The translations under genes and the position numbers were made by a program. DNA of 64,000 bases from the human T2T-CHM13v2.0 reference genome, Homo sapiens, in NCBI RefSeq assembly GCF_009914755.1, contig NC_060925.1; one strand, 5' to 3'. Positions 44,901 to 59,100 of this stretch are shown here, piece after piece. The notes beneath the pieces are model-generated. The model worked only from the letters and a program-made list of their open reading frames with translations, made no database searches and was not told the origin of the DNA. Every line of letters starts with the position of its first letter. The first letter of the stretch is position 1.

Positions 44901-47900
44901 AATCGAATGGAATCAACATCAAACGGAAAAAAACGGAATTATCGAATGGAATCGAATAGAATCATCGAATGGACCCGAATGGAATCATCTAATGGAATGG
45001 AATGGAATAATCCGTGGACTCGAATGCAATCATCATCGAATATAATCGAATGGAATCATCCAATGGACTCGAATGGAATAATCATTGAACGGAATCGAAT
45101 GGAATCATCATCGGATGGAAATGAATGGAATCATCATCGAATGGAATCGAATAGAATTATGGAATGAAATCCAGTGTGATCATCATCGAATGGACCCGAA
45201 TGGAATCATCATCCAACGAATGCTAATGGAATCAACATCGAATGAATCAAATGGAAACACCATCGAATTGAAACGAATGGAATTACCATGAAATTGAAAT
45301 GGATGGACTCATCATCGAATGGATTCGAATGGAATCATCGAATAAAATTGATTGAAATCATCATCGAATGGAATCGAATGGATTCATTGAATGGAATCAG
45401 ATGGAATCATCGAATGGACTGGAATGGAATCATTGAATGGACACGAAAGAGATCATGATTGAATGGAATTGAATGGAATCATCGAATGGTCTCGATTGGA
45501 ATCATTATCAAATGGAATCGAATGGAATCACCGAATAGAATCGAATGGAACAATCATCGAATGGACTCAAATGGAATTATCCTCAAATGGAATGGAATGG
45601 AATTATCGAATGCAATCGAATGGAATTATCGAATGCAATCGAATAGAATCATTGAATGGACTCGAATGGAATAATCATTGAACGGAATCGAATGGAATCA
45701 TCATCGGATGGAAACGAATGGAATCATCATCGAATGGAAATGAAAGGAGTCATCATCTAATGGAATTGCATGGAATCATCATAAAATGGAATCGAATGGA
45801 ATCAACATCAAATGGAATCAAATGGAATCATTGAACGGAATTGAATGGAATCGTCATCGAATGAATTGAATGCAATCATCGAATGGTCTCGAATGGAATC
45901 ATCTTCAAATGGAATTGAATGGAATCATCGCATAGAATCGAGTGGAATTATCATCGAATGGAGTCGAATGGAATCAACATCAAACGGAAAAAAACGGAAT
46001 TATCGAATGGAATCGAAGAGAATCTTCGAACGGACCCGAATGGAATCACCTAATGGAATGGAATGGAATAATCTATGGACTCGAATGCAATCATCATCGA
46101 ATGGAATCATCAAATGGACTCGAATGGAATAATCATTGAACGGAATCGAATGGAATCATCATCGGATGGAAATGAATGGAATCATCATCGAATGGAATCG
46201 AATAGAATTATGGAATGAAATCCAGTGTGATCATCATCGAATGGACCCAAATGGAATCATCATCCAACGGAATCTAATGGAATCAACATCGAATGAATTG
46301 AATGGAAACACCATCGAATTGAAACGAATGGAATTATCATGAAATTGAAATGGATGGACTCATCATCGAATGGATTGGAATGGAATCATCGAATAAAATT
46401 GATTGAAATCATCATCAAATGGAATCGAATGGTATCATTGAATGGAATCGAATGGAATCATCATCAGATGGAAATGAATGGAATCGTCATAGAATGGAAT
46501 CGAATGGATTCATTGAATGGAATCAGATGGAATCATCGAATGGACTGGAATGGAATCATTGAATGGACTCGAAAGGGATCATTATTGAATGGAATTGAAT
46601 GGAATCATCGAATGGTCTCGATTGGAATCATTATCAAATGGAAACGAATGGAATCACCGAATAGAATCGAATGGAACAATCATCGAATGGACTCAAATGG
46701 AATCATCCTCAAATGGAATGGAATGGAATTATCGAATGCAATCGAATAGAATCATCGAATGGACTCGAATGGAATCATCGAATGGAATGGAATGGAACAG
46801 TCAATGAACTCGAATGGAATCATCATTGAATGGAATCGAATGGAATCATCGAGTGGAATCGAATGGAATTATGATCAAATGGAATCTAATGTAATAATCA
46901 TCAAATGGAATCAAAAATAACCATCATCAATTGTTATTGAATGGAATTGTCATCAAATGGAATTCAAAGGAATCATCATCAAATGGAACCGAATGGAATC
47001 CTCATTGAATGGAAATGAAAGGGGTCATCATCTAATGGAATCGCATGGAATCATCATCAAATGGAATCGAATGGAATCATCATCAAATGGAATCTGATGG
47101 AATCATTGAACAGAATTGAATGGAATCGTCATCGAATGAATTGAATGCAATCATCGAATGGTCTCGAATGGAATCATCTTCTAATGGAAAGGAATGGAAT
47201 CATCGCATAGAATCGAATGGAATTAACATTGAATGGACTCGAATGGAATCAACATCAAACGGAATCAAGCGGAATTATCGAATGGAATCGAAGAGAATCA
47301 TCGAATGGACTCGAATGGAATAATCTAATGGAATTGAATGGAATAATCCACGGACTCGAATGCAATCATCATCGTATAGAATCGAATGGAATCATCGAAT
47401 GGACTCGAATGGAATAATCATTGAACGGAATCGAATGGAATCATCATCGGATGGAAACGAATGGAATCATCATCGAATGGAAATGAAAGGAGTCATCATC
47501 TAATGGAATTGCATGGAATCATCATCAAATGGAATCGAATGGAATCAACAGCAAATGGAATCAAATGGAATCATTGAACGGAATTGAATGGAATCGTCAT
47601 CCAATGAATGAATGCAATCATCGAATGGTCTCGAATGCAATCATCTTCAAATGGAATGGAATGGAATCATCGCATAGAATCGAATGGAATTATCATCGAA
47701 TGGAATCGAATGGTATCAACATCAAACGGAAAAAAACGGAATTATCGAATGGAATCGAATAGAATCATGGAATGGACCCGAATGGAATCATCTAATGGAA
47801 TGGAATGGAATAATCCACGGACTCGAATGCAATCATCGTCGAATGGAATCGAATGGAATCATCGAATGGACTCGAATGGAATAATCATTGAACAGAATCG

Positions 47901-50900
47901 AATGGAATCATCATCGGATGGAAACGAATGGAATCATCATCGAATGGAAATGAAAGGAGTCATCATCTAATGGAATTGCATGGAATCATCATCAAATGGA
48001 ATCGAATGGAATCAACATCAAATGGAATCAAATGGAATCATTGAACGGAATTGAATGGAATCGTCATCGAATGAATTGAATGCAATCATCGAATGGTCTC
48101 GAGTGGAATCATCTTCAAATGGAATGGAATGGAATCATCGCATAGAATCGAATGGAATTATCATCGAATGGAATCGAATGGTATCAACATCAAACGGAAA
48201 AAAACGGAATTATCGAATGGAATCGAAGAGAATCTTCGAACGGACCCGAATGGAATCATCTAATGGAATGGAATGGAATAATCCATGGACTGGAAGGCAA
48301 TCATCATTGAACGGAATCGAAAGGAATCATCATCGGATGGAAACGAATGGAATCATCATCGAATGGAAATGAAAGGAGTCATCATCTAATGGAATTGCAT
48401 CGAATCATCATAAAATGGAATCGAATGGAATCAACATCAAATGGAATCAAATGGAATCATTGAACGGAATTGAATGGAATCGTCATCGAATGAATTGAAT
48501 GCAATCATCGAATGGTCTCGAATGGAATCATCTTCAAATGGAATGGAATGGAATCATCGCATAGAATCGAATGGAATTATCATCGAATGGAATCGAATGG
48601 AATCAACATCAAACGGAAAAAAACGGAATTATCGAATGGAATCGAATAGAATCATCGAATGGACCCGAATGGAATCATCTAATGGAATGGAATGGAATAA
48701 TCCGTGGACTCCAATGCAATCATCATCGAATATAATCGAATGGAATCATCCAATGGACTCGAATGGAATAATCATTGAACGGAATCGAATGGAATCATCA
48801 TCGGATGGAAATGAATGGAATCATCATCGAATGGAATCGAATAGAATTATGGAATGAAATCCAGTGTGATCATCATCGAATGGACCCGAATGGAATCATC
48901 ATCCAACGAATGCTAATGGAATCAACATCGAATGAATCAAATGGAAACACCATCGAATTGAAACGAATGGAATTACCATGAAATTGAAATGGATGGACTC
49001 ATCATCGAATGGATTCGAATGGAATCATCGAATAAAATTGATTGAAATCATCATCGAATGGAATCGAATGGATTCATTGAATGGAATCAGATGGAATCAT
49101 CGAATGGACTGGAATGGAATCATTGAATGGACACGAAAGAGATCATGATTGAATGGAATTGAATGGAATCATCGAATGGTGTCGATTGGAATCATTATCA
49201 AATGGAATCGAATGGAATCACCGAATAGAATCGAATGGAACAATCATCGAATGGACTCAAATGGAATTATCCTCAAATGGAATGGAATGGAATTATCGAA
49301 TGCAATCGAATGGAATTATCGAATGCAATCGAATAGAATCATTGAATGGACTCGAATGGAATAATCATTGAACGGAATCGAATGGAATCATCATCGGATG
49401 GAAACGAATGGAATCATCATCGAATGGAAATGAAAGGAGTCATCATCTAATGGAATTGCATGGAATCATCATAAAATGGAATCGAATGGAATCAACATCA
49501 AATGGAATCAAATGGAATCATTGAACGGAATTGAATGGAATCGTCATCGAATGAATTGAATGCAATCATCGAATGGTCTCGAATGGAATCATCTTCAAAT
49601 GGAATGGAATGGAATCATCGCATAGAATCGAATGGAATTATCATCGAATGGAATCGAATGGAATCAACATCAAACGGAAAAAAACGGAATTATCGAATGG
49701 AATCGAAGAGAATCATCGAATGGACCCGAATGGAATCATCTAATGGAATGGAATGGAATAATCCACGGACTCGAATGCAATCATCGTCGAATGGAATCGA
49801 ATGGAATCATCGAATGGACTCGAATGGAATAATCATTGAACAGAATCGAATGGAATCATCATCGGATGGAAACGAATGGAATCATCATCGAATGGAAATG
49901 AAAGGAGTCATCATCTAATGGAATTGCATGGAATCATCATCAAATGGAATCGAATGGAATCAACATCAAATGGAATCAAATGGAATCATTGAACGGAATT
50001 GAATGGAATCGTCATCGAATGAATTGAATGCAATCATCGAATGGTCTCGAGTGGAATCATCTTCAAATGGAATGGAATGGAATCATCGCATAGAATCGAA
50101 TGGAATTATCATCGAATGGAATCGAATGGTATCAACATCAAACGGAAAAAAACGGAATTATCGAATGGAATCGAAGAGAATCTTCGAACGGACCCGAATG
50201 GAATCATCTAATGGAATGGAATGGAATAATCCATGGACTGGAAGGCAATCATCATTGAACGGAATCGAAAGGAATCATCATCGGATGGAAACGAATGGAA
50301 TCATCATCGAATGGAAATGAAAGGAGTCATCATCTAATGGAATTGCATCGAATCATCATAAAATGGAATCGAATGGAATCAACATCAAATGGAATCAAAT
50401 GGAATCATTGAACGGAATTGAATGGAATCGTCATCGAATGAATTGAATGCAATCATCGAATGGTCTCGAATGGAATCATCTTCAAATGGAATGGAATGGA
50501 ATCATCGCATAGAATCGAATGGAATTATCATCGAATGGAATCGAATGGAATCAACATCAAACGGAAAAAAACGGAATTATCGAATGGAATCGAATAGAAT
50601 CATCGAATGGACCCGAATGGAATCATCTAATGGAATGGAATGGAATAATCCGTGGACTCGAATGCAATCATCATCGAATATAATCGAATGGAATCATCCA
50701 ATGGACTCGAATGGAATAATCATTGAACGGAATCGAATGGAATCATCATCGGATGGAAATGAATGGAATCATCATCGAATGGAATCGAATAGAATTATGG
50801 AATGAAATCCAGTGTGATCATCATCGAATGGACCCGAATGGAATCATCATCCAACGAATGCTAATGGAATCAACATCGAATGAATCAAATGGAAACACCA

Positions 50901-53900
50901 TCGAATTGAAACGAATGGAATTACCATGAAATTGAAATGGATGGACTCATCATCGAATGGATTCGAATGGAATCATCGAATAAAATTGATTGAAATCATC
51001 ATCGAATGGAATCGAATGGATTCATTGAATGGAATCAGATGGAATCATCGAATGGACTGGAATGGAATCATTGAATGGACACGAAAGAGATCATGATTGA
51101 ATGGAATTGAATGGAATCATCGAATGGTCTCGATTGGAATCATTATCAAATGGAATCGAATGGAATCACCGAATAGAATCGAATGGAACAATCATCGAAT
51201 GGACTCAAATGGAATTATCCTCAAATGGAATGGAATGGAATTATCGAATGCAATCGAATGGAATTATCGAATGCAATCGAATAGAATCATTGAATGGACT
51301 CGAATGGAATAATCATTGAACGGAATCGAATGGAATCATCATCGGATGGAAACGAATGGAATCATCATCGAATGGAAATGAAAGGAGTCATCATCTAATG
51401 GAATTGCATGGAATCATCATAAAATGGAATCGAATGGAATCAACATCAAATGGAATCAAATGGAATCATTGAACGGAATTGAATGGAATCGTCATCGAAT
51501 GAATTGAATGCAATCATCGAATGGTCTCGAATGGAATCATCTTCAAATGGAATGGAATGGAATCATCGCATAGAATCGAGTGGAATTATCATCGAATGGA
51601 GTCGAATGGAATCAACATCAAACGGAAAAAAACGGAATTATCGAATGGAATCGAAGAGAATCTTCGAACGGACCCGAATGGAATCACCTAATGGAATGGA
51701 ATGGAATAATCTATGGACTCGAATGCAATCATCATCGAATGGAATCATCAAATGGACTCGAATGGAATAATCATTGAACGGAATCGAATGGAATCATCAT
51801 CGGATGGAAATGAATGGAATCATCATCGAATGGAATCGAATAGAATTATGGAATGAAATCCAGTGTGATCATCATCGAATGGACCCAAATGGAATCATCA
51901 TCCAACGGAATCTAATGGAATCAACATCGAATGAATTGAATGGAAACACCATCGAATTGAAACGAATGGAATTATCATGAAATTGAAATGGATGGACTCA
52001 TCATCGAATGGATTGGAATGGAATCATCGAATAAAATTGATTGAAATCATCATCAAATGGAATCGAATGGTATCATTGAATGGAATCGAATGGAATCATC
52101 ATCAGATGGAAATGAATGGAATCGTCATAGAATGGAATCGAATGGATTCATTGAATGGAATCAGATGGAATCATCGAATGGACTGGAATGGAATCATTGA
52201 ATGGACTCGAAAGGGATCATGATTGAATGGAATTGAATGGAATCATCGAATGGTCTCGATTGGAATCATTATCAAATGGAAACGAATGGAATCACCGAAT
52301 AGAATCGAATGGAACAATCATCGAATGGACTCAAATGGAATCATCCTCAAATGGAATGGAATGGAATTATCGAATGCAATCGAATAGAATCATCGAATGG
52401 ACTCGAATGGAATCATCGAATGGAATGGAATGGAACAGTCAATGAACTCGAATGGAATCATCATTGAATGGAATCGAATGGAATCATCGAGTGGAATCGA
52501 ATGGAATTATGATCAAATGGAATCTAATGTAATAATCATCAAATGGAATCAAAAATAACCATCATCAATTGTTATTGAATGGAATTGTCATCAAATGGAA
52601 TTCAAAGGAATCATCATCAAATGGAACCGAATGGAATCCTCATTGAATGGAAATGAAAGGGGTCATCATCTAATGGAATCGCATGGAATCATCATCAAAT
52701 GGAATCGAATGGAATCATCATCAAATGGAATCTGATGGAATCATTGAACAGAATTGAATGGAATCGTCATCGAATGAATTGAATGCAATCATCGAATGGT
52801 CTCGAATGGAATCATCTTCTAATGGAAAGGAATGGAATCATCGCATAGAATCGAATGGAATTAACATTGAATGGACTCGAATGGAATCAACATCAAACGG
52901 AATCAAGCGGAATTATCGAATGGAATCGAAGAGAATCATCGAATGGACTCGAATGGAATAATCTAATGGAATTGAATGGAATAATCCACGGACTCGAATG
53001 CAATCATCATCGTATAGAATCGAATGGAATCATCGAATGGACTCGAATGGAATAATCATTGAACGGAATCGAATGGAATCATCATCGGATGGAAACGAAT
53101 GGAATCATCATCGAATGGAAATGAAAGGAGTCATCATCTAATGGAATTGCATGGAATCATCATCAAATGGAATCGAATGGAATCAACAGCAAATGGAATC
53201 AAATGGAATCATTGAACGGAATTGAATGGAATCGTCATCCAATGAATGAATGCAATCATCGAATGGTCTCGAATGCAATCATCTTCAAATGGAATGGAAT
53301 GGAATCATCGCATAGAATCGAATGGAATTATCATCGAATGGAATCGAATGGTATCAACATCAAACGGAAAAAAACGGAATTATCGAATGGAATCGAATAG
53401 AATCATGGAATGGACCCGAATGGAATCATCTAATGGAATGGAATGGAATAATCCACGGACTCGAATGCAATCATCGTCGAATGGAATCGAATGGAATCAT
53501 CGAATGGACTCGAATGGAATAATCATTGAACAGAATCGAATGGAATCATCATCGGATGGAAACGAATGGAATCATCATCGAATGGAAATGAAAGGAGTCA
53601 TCATCTAATGGAATTGCATGGAATCATCATCAAATGGAATCGAATGGAATCAACATCAAATGGAATCAAATGGAATCATTGAACGGAATTGAATGGAATC
53701 GTCATCGAATGAATTGAATGCAATCATCGAATGGTCTCGAGTGGAATCATCTTCAAATGGAATGGAATGGAATCATCGCATAGAATCGAATGGAATTATC
53801 ATCGAATGGAATCGAATGGTATCAACATCAAACGGAAAAAAACGGAATTATCGAATGGAATCGAAGAGAATCTTCGAACGGACCCGAATGGAATCATCTA

Positions 53901-56118
53901 ATGGAATGGAATGGAATAATCCATGGACTGGAAGGCAATCATCATTGAACGGAATCGAAAGGAATCATCATCGGATGGAAACGAATGGAATCATCATCGA
54001 ATGGAAATGAAAGGAGTCATCATCTAATGGAATTGCATCGAATCATCATAAAATGGAATCGAATGGAATCAACATCAAATGGAATCAAATGGAATCATTG
54101 AACGGAATTGAATGGAATCGTCATCGAATGAATTGAATGCAATCATCGAATGGTCTCGAATGGAATCATCTTCAAATGGAATGGAATGGAATCATCGCAT
54201 AGAATCGAATGGAATTATCATCGAATGGAATCGAATGGAATCAACATCAAACGGAAAAAAACGGAATTATCGAATGGAATCGAATAGAATCATCGAATGG
54301 ACCCGAATGGAATCATCTAATGGAATGGAATGGAATAATCCGTGGACTCGAATGCAATCATCATCGAATATAATCGAATGGAATCATCCAATGGACTCGA
54401 ATGGAATAATCATTGAACGGAATCGAATGGAATCATCATCGGATGGAAATGAATGGAATCATCATCGAATGGAATCGAATAGAATTATGGAATGAAATCC
54501 AGTGTGATCATCATCGAATGGACCCGAATGGAATCATCATCCAACGAATGCTAATGGAATCAACATCGAATGAATCAAATGGAAACACCATCGAATTGAA
54601 ACGAATGGAATTACCATGAAATTGAAATGGATGGACTCATCATCGAATGGATTCGAATGGAATCATCGAATAAAATTGATTGAAATCATCATCGAATGGA
54701 ATCGAATGGATTCATTGAATGGAATCAGATGGAATCATCGAATGGACTGGAATGGAATCATTGAATGGACACGAAAGAGATCATGATTGAATGGAATTGA
54801 ATGGAATCATCGAATGGTGTCGATTGGAATCATTATCAAATGGAATCGAATGGAATCACCGAATAGAATCGAATGGAACAATCATCGAATGGACTCAAAT
54901 GGAATTATCCTCAAATGGAATGGAATGGAATTATCGAATGCAATCGAATGGAATTATCGAATGCAATCGAATAGAATCATTGAATGGACTCGAATGGAAT
55001 AATCATTGAACGGAATCGAATGGAATCATCATCGGATGGAAACGAATGGAATCATCATCGAATGGAAATGAAAGGAGTCATCATCTAATGGAATTGCATG
55101 GAATCATCATAAAATGGAATCGAATGGAATCAACATCAAATGGAATCAAATGGAATCATTGAACGGAATTGAATGGAATCGTCATCGAATGAATTGAATG
55201 CAATCATCGAATGGTCTCGAATGGAATCATCTTCAAATGGAATGGAATGGAATCATCGCATAGAATCGAATGGAATTATCATCGAATGGAATCGAATGGA
55301 ATCAACATCAAACGGAAAAAAACGGAATTATCGAATGGAATCGAAGAGAATCATCGAATGGACCCGAATGGAATCATCTAATGGAATGGAATGGAATAAT
55401 CCATGGACTCGAATGCAATCATCATCGAATGGAATCGAATGGAATCATCGAATGGACCCGAATGGAATAATCATTGAATGGAATCGAATGGAATCATCAT
55501 CGGATGGAAATGAAAGGAGTCATCATCTAATGGAATTGCATGGAATCATCATAAAATGGAATCGAATGGAATCAACATCAAATGGAATCAAATGGAATCA
55601 TTGAACGGAATTGAATGGAATCGTGATCGAATGAATTGAATGCAATCATCGAATGGTCTCGAATGGAATCATCTTCAAATGGAATGGAATGGAATCATCG
55701 CATAGAATCGAATGGAATTATCATCGAATGGAATCGAATGGAATCAACATCAAACGGAAAAAAACGGAATTATCGAATGGAATCGAAGAGAATCATCGAA
55801 TGGACCCGAATGGAATCATCTAATGAAACGGAATGGAATAATCCATGGACTCGAATGCAATCATCATCGAATGGAATCGAATGGAATCATCGAATGGACT
55901 CGAATGGAATAATCATTGAACGGAATCGAATGGAATCATCATCGGATGGAAATGAATGGAATCATCATCGAATGGAATCGAATAGAATTATGGAATGAAA
56001 TCCAGTGTGATCATCATCGAATGGACCCGAATGGAATCATCATCCAACGGAAGCTAATGGAATCAACATCGAATGAATCAAATGGAAACACCATCGAATT
56101 GAAACGAATGGAATTACC
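38936..56118 (+). repeat. Derived higher-order repeat domain, period 3690 bp (2639 + 1051), containing a 5638-bp tandem duplication
   Basis: Anchor spacings 2662, 1051, 2639, 1051, 2639, 1948, 1051, 2639, 1503. Near-identical ORF translations at 39740/43430/47120/52758 and 42155/45845/51483. Confidence 0.9.
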
Positions 56119-59100
56119 ATGAAATTGAAATGGATGGACTCATCATCGAATGGATTCGAATGGAATCATCGAATAAAATTGATTGAAATCATCATCGAAT
56201 GGAATCGAATGGTATCATTGAATGGAATCGAATGGAATCATCATCAGATGGAAATGAATGGAATCGTCATAGAATGGAATCGAATGGATTCATTGAATGG
56301 AATCAGATGGAATCATCGAATGGACTGGAATGGAATCATTGAATGGACTCGAAAGGGATCATGATTGAATGGAATTGAATGGAATCATCGAATGGTCTCG
56401 ATTGGAATCATTATCAAATGGAATCGAATGGAATCACCGAATAGAATCGAATGGAACAATCATCGAATGGACTCAAATGGAATTATCCTCAAATGGAATC
56501 GAATGGAATTATCAAATGCAATCGAATGGAATTATCGAATGCAATCGAATAGAATCATCGAATGGACTCGAATGGAATCATCGAATGGAATGGAATGGAA
56601 CAGTCAATGAACTCGAATGGAATCATCATTGAATGGAATCGAATGGAATCATCGAGTGGAATCGAATGGAATTATGATCAAATGGAATCGAATGTAATCA
56701 TCATCAAATGGAATCAAAAATAACCATCATCAATTGGTATTGAATGGAATTGTCATCAAATGCAATTCAAAGGAATCATCATCAAATGGAACCGAATGGA
56801 ATCCTCATTGAATGGAAATGAAAGGGGTCATCATCTAATGGAATCGCATGGAATCATCATCAAATGGAATCGAATGGAATCATCATCAAATGGAATCTAA
56901 TGGAATCATTGAACAGAATTGAATGGAATCGTCATCGAATGAATTGAATGCAATCATCGAATGGTCTCGAATGGAATCATCTTCTAATGGAAAGGAATGG
57001 AATCATCGCATAGAATCGAATGGAATTATCATCGAATGGAATCGAATGGGATCAACACCAAACGGAAAAAAACGGAATTATCGAATGGAATCGAAGAGAA
57101 TCTTCGAACGGACCCGAATGAAATCATCTAATGGAATGGAATGGAATAATCCATGGACTCGAATGCAATCATCATCGAATGGAATCAAATGGAATCATCG
57201 AATGGACTCGAATGGAATAATCATTGAACGGAATCGAATGGAATCATCATCGGATGGAAACGAATGGAATCATCATCGAATGGAAATGAAAGGAGTCATC
57301 ATCTAATGGAATTGCAAGGAATCATCATAAAATGGATTCGAATGGAATCAACATCAAATGGAATCAAATGGAATCATTGAACGGAATTGAATGGAATCGT
57401 CATCGAATGAATTGAATGCAATCATCGAATGGTCTCGAAGGGAATCATCTTCAAATGGAATGGAATGGAATCATCGCATAGAATCGAATGGAATTATCAT
57501 CGAATGGAATCGAATGGAATCAACATCAAACGGAAAAAAACGGAATTATCGAATGGAATCGAAGAGAATCATCGAATGGACCCGAATGGAATCATCTAAT
57601 GGAATGGAATGGAATAATCCATGGACTCGAATGCAATCATCGTCAAATTGAATCGAATGGAATCATCGAATGGATTCGAATGGAATAATCATTGAACGGA
57701 ATCGAATGGAATCATCATCGGATGGAAATGAATGGAATCATCATCGAATGGAATCGAATAGAATTATGGAATGAAATCCAGTGTGATCATCATCGAATGG
57801 ACCCGAATGGAATCATCATCCAACGGAAGCTAATGGAATCAACATCGAATGAATCAAATGGAAACACCATCGAATTGAAACGAATGGAATTACCATGAAA
57901 TTGAAATGGATGGACTCATCATCGAATGGATTCGAATGGAATCATCGAATAAAATTGATTCAAATCATCATCGAATGGAATCGAATGGTATCATTGAATG
58001 GAATCGAATGGAATCATCATCAGATGGAAATGAATGGAATCGTCATAGAATGGAATCGAATGGATTCATTGAATGGAATCAGAATGAATCATCGAATGGA
58101 CTGGAATGGAATCATTGAATGGACTCGAAAGGGATCATGATTGAATGGAATTGAATGGAATCATCGAATGGTCTCGATTGGAATCATTATCAAATGGAAT
58201 CGAATGGAATCACCGAATAGAATCGAATGGAACAATCATCGAATGGACTCAAATGGAATTATCCTCAAATGGAATCGAATGGAATTATCGAATGCAATCG
58301 AATGGAATTATAAAATGCAATCGAATAGAATCATCGAATGGACTCGAATGGAATCATCGAATGGAATGGAATGGAACAGTCAATGAACTCGAATGGAATC
58401 ATCATTGAATGGAATCGAATGGAATCATCGAGTGGAATCGAATGGAATTATGATCAAATGGAATCGAATGTAATCATCATCAAATGGAATCAAAAATAAC
58501 CATCATCAATTGGTATTGAATGGAATTGTCATCAAATGGAATTCAAAGGAATCATCATCAAATGGAACCGAATGGAATCCTCATTGAATGGAAATGAAAG
58601 GGGTCATCATCTAATGGAATCGCATGGAATCATCATCAAATGGAATCGAATGGAATCATCATCAAATGGAATCTGATGGAATCATTGAACAGAATTGAAT
58701 GGAATCGTCATCGAATGAACTGAATGCAATCATCGAATGGTCTCGAATGGAATCATCTTCTAATGGAAAGGAATGGAATCATCGCATAGAATCGAATGGA
58801 ATTATCATCGAATGGAATCGAATGGTATCAACACCAAACGGAAAAAAACGGAATTATCGAATGGAATCGAAGAGAATCTTCGAACGGACCCGAATGGAAT
58901 CATCTAATGGAATGGAATGGAATAATCCATGGACTCGAATGCAATCATCATCGAATGGAATCGAATGGAATCATCGAATGGACTCGAATGGAATAATCAT
59001 TGAACGGAATCGAATGGAATCATCATCGGATGGAAATGAATGGAATCATCATCGAATGGAATCGAATAGAATTATGGAATGAAATCCAGTGTGATCATCA

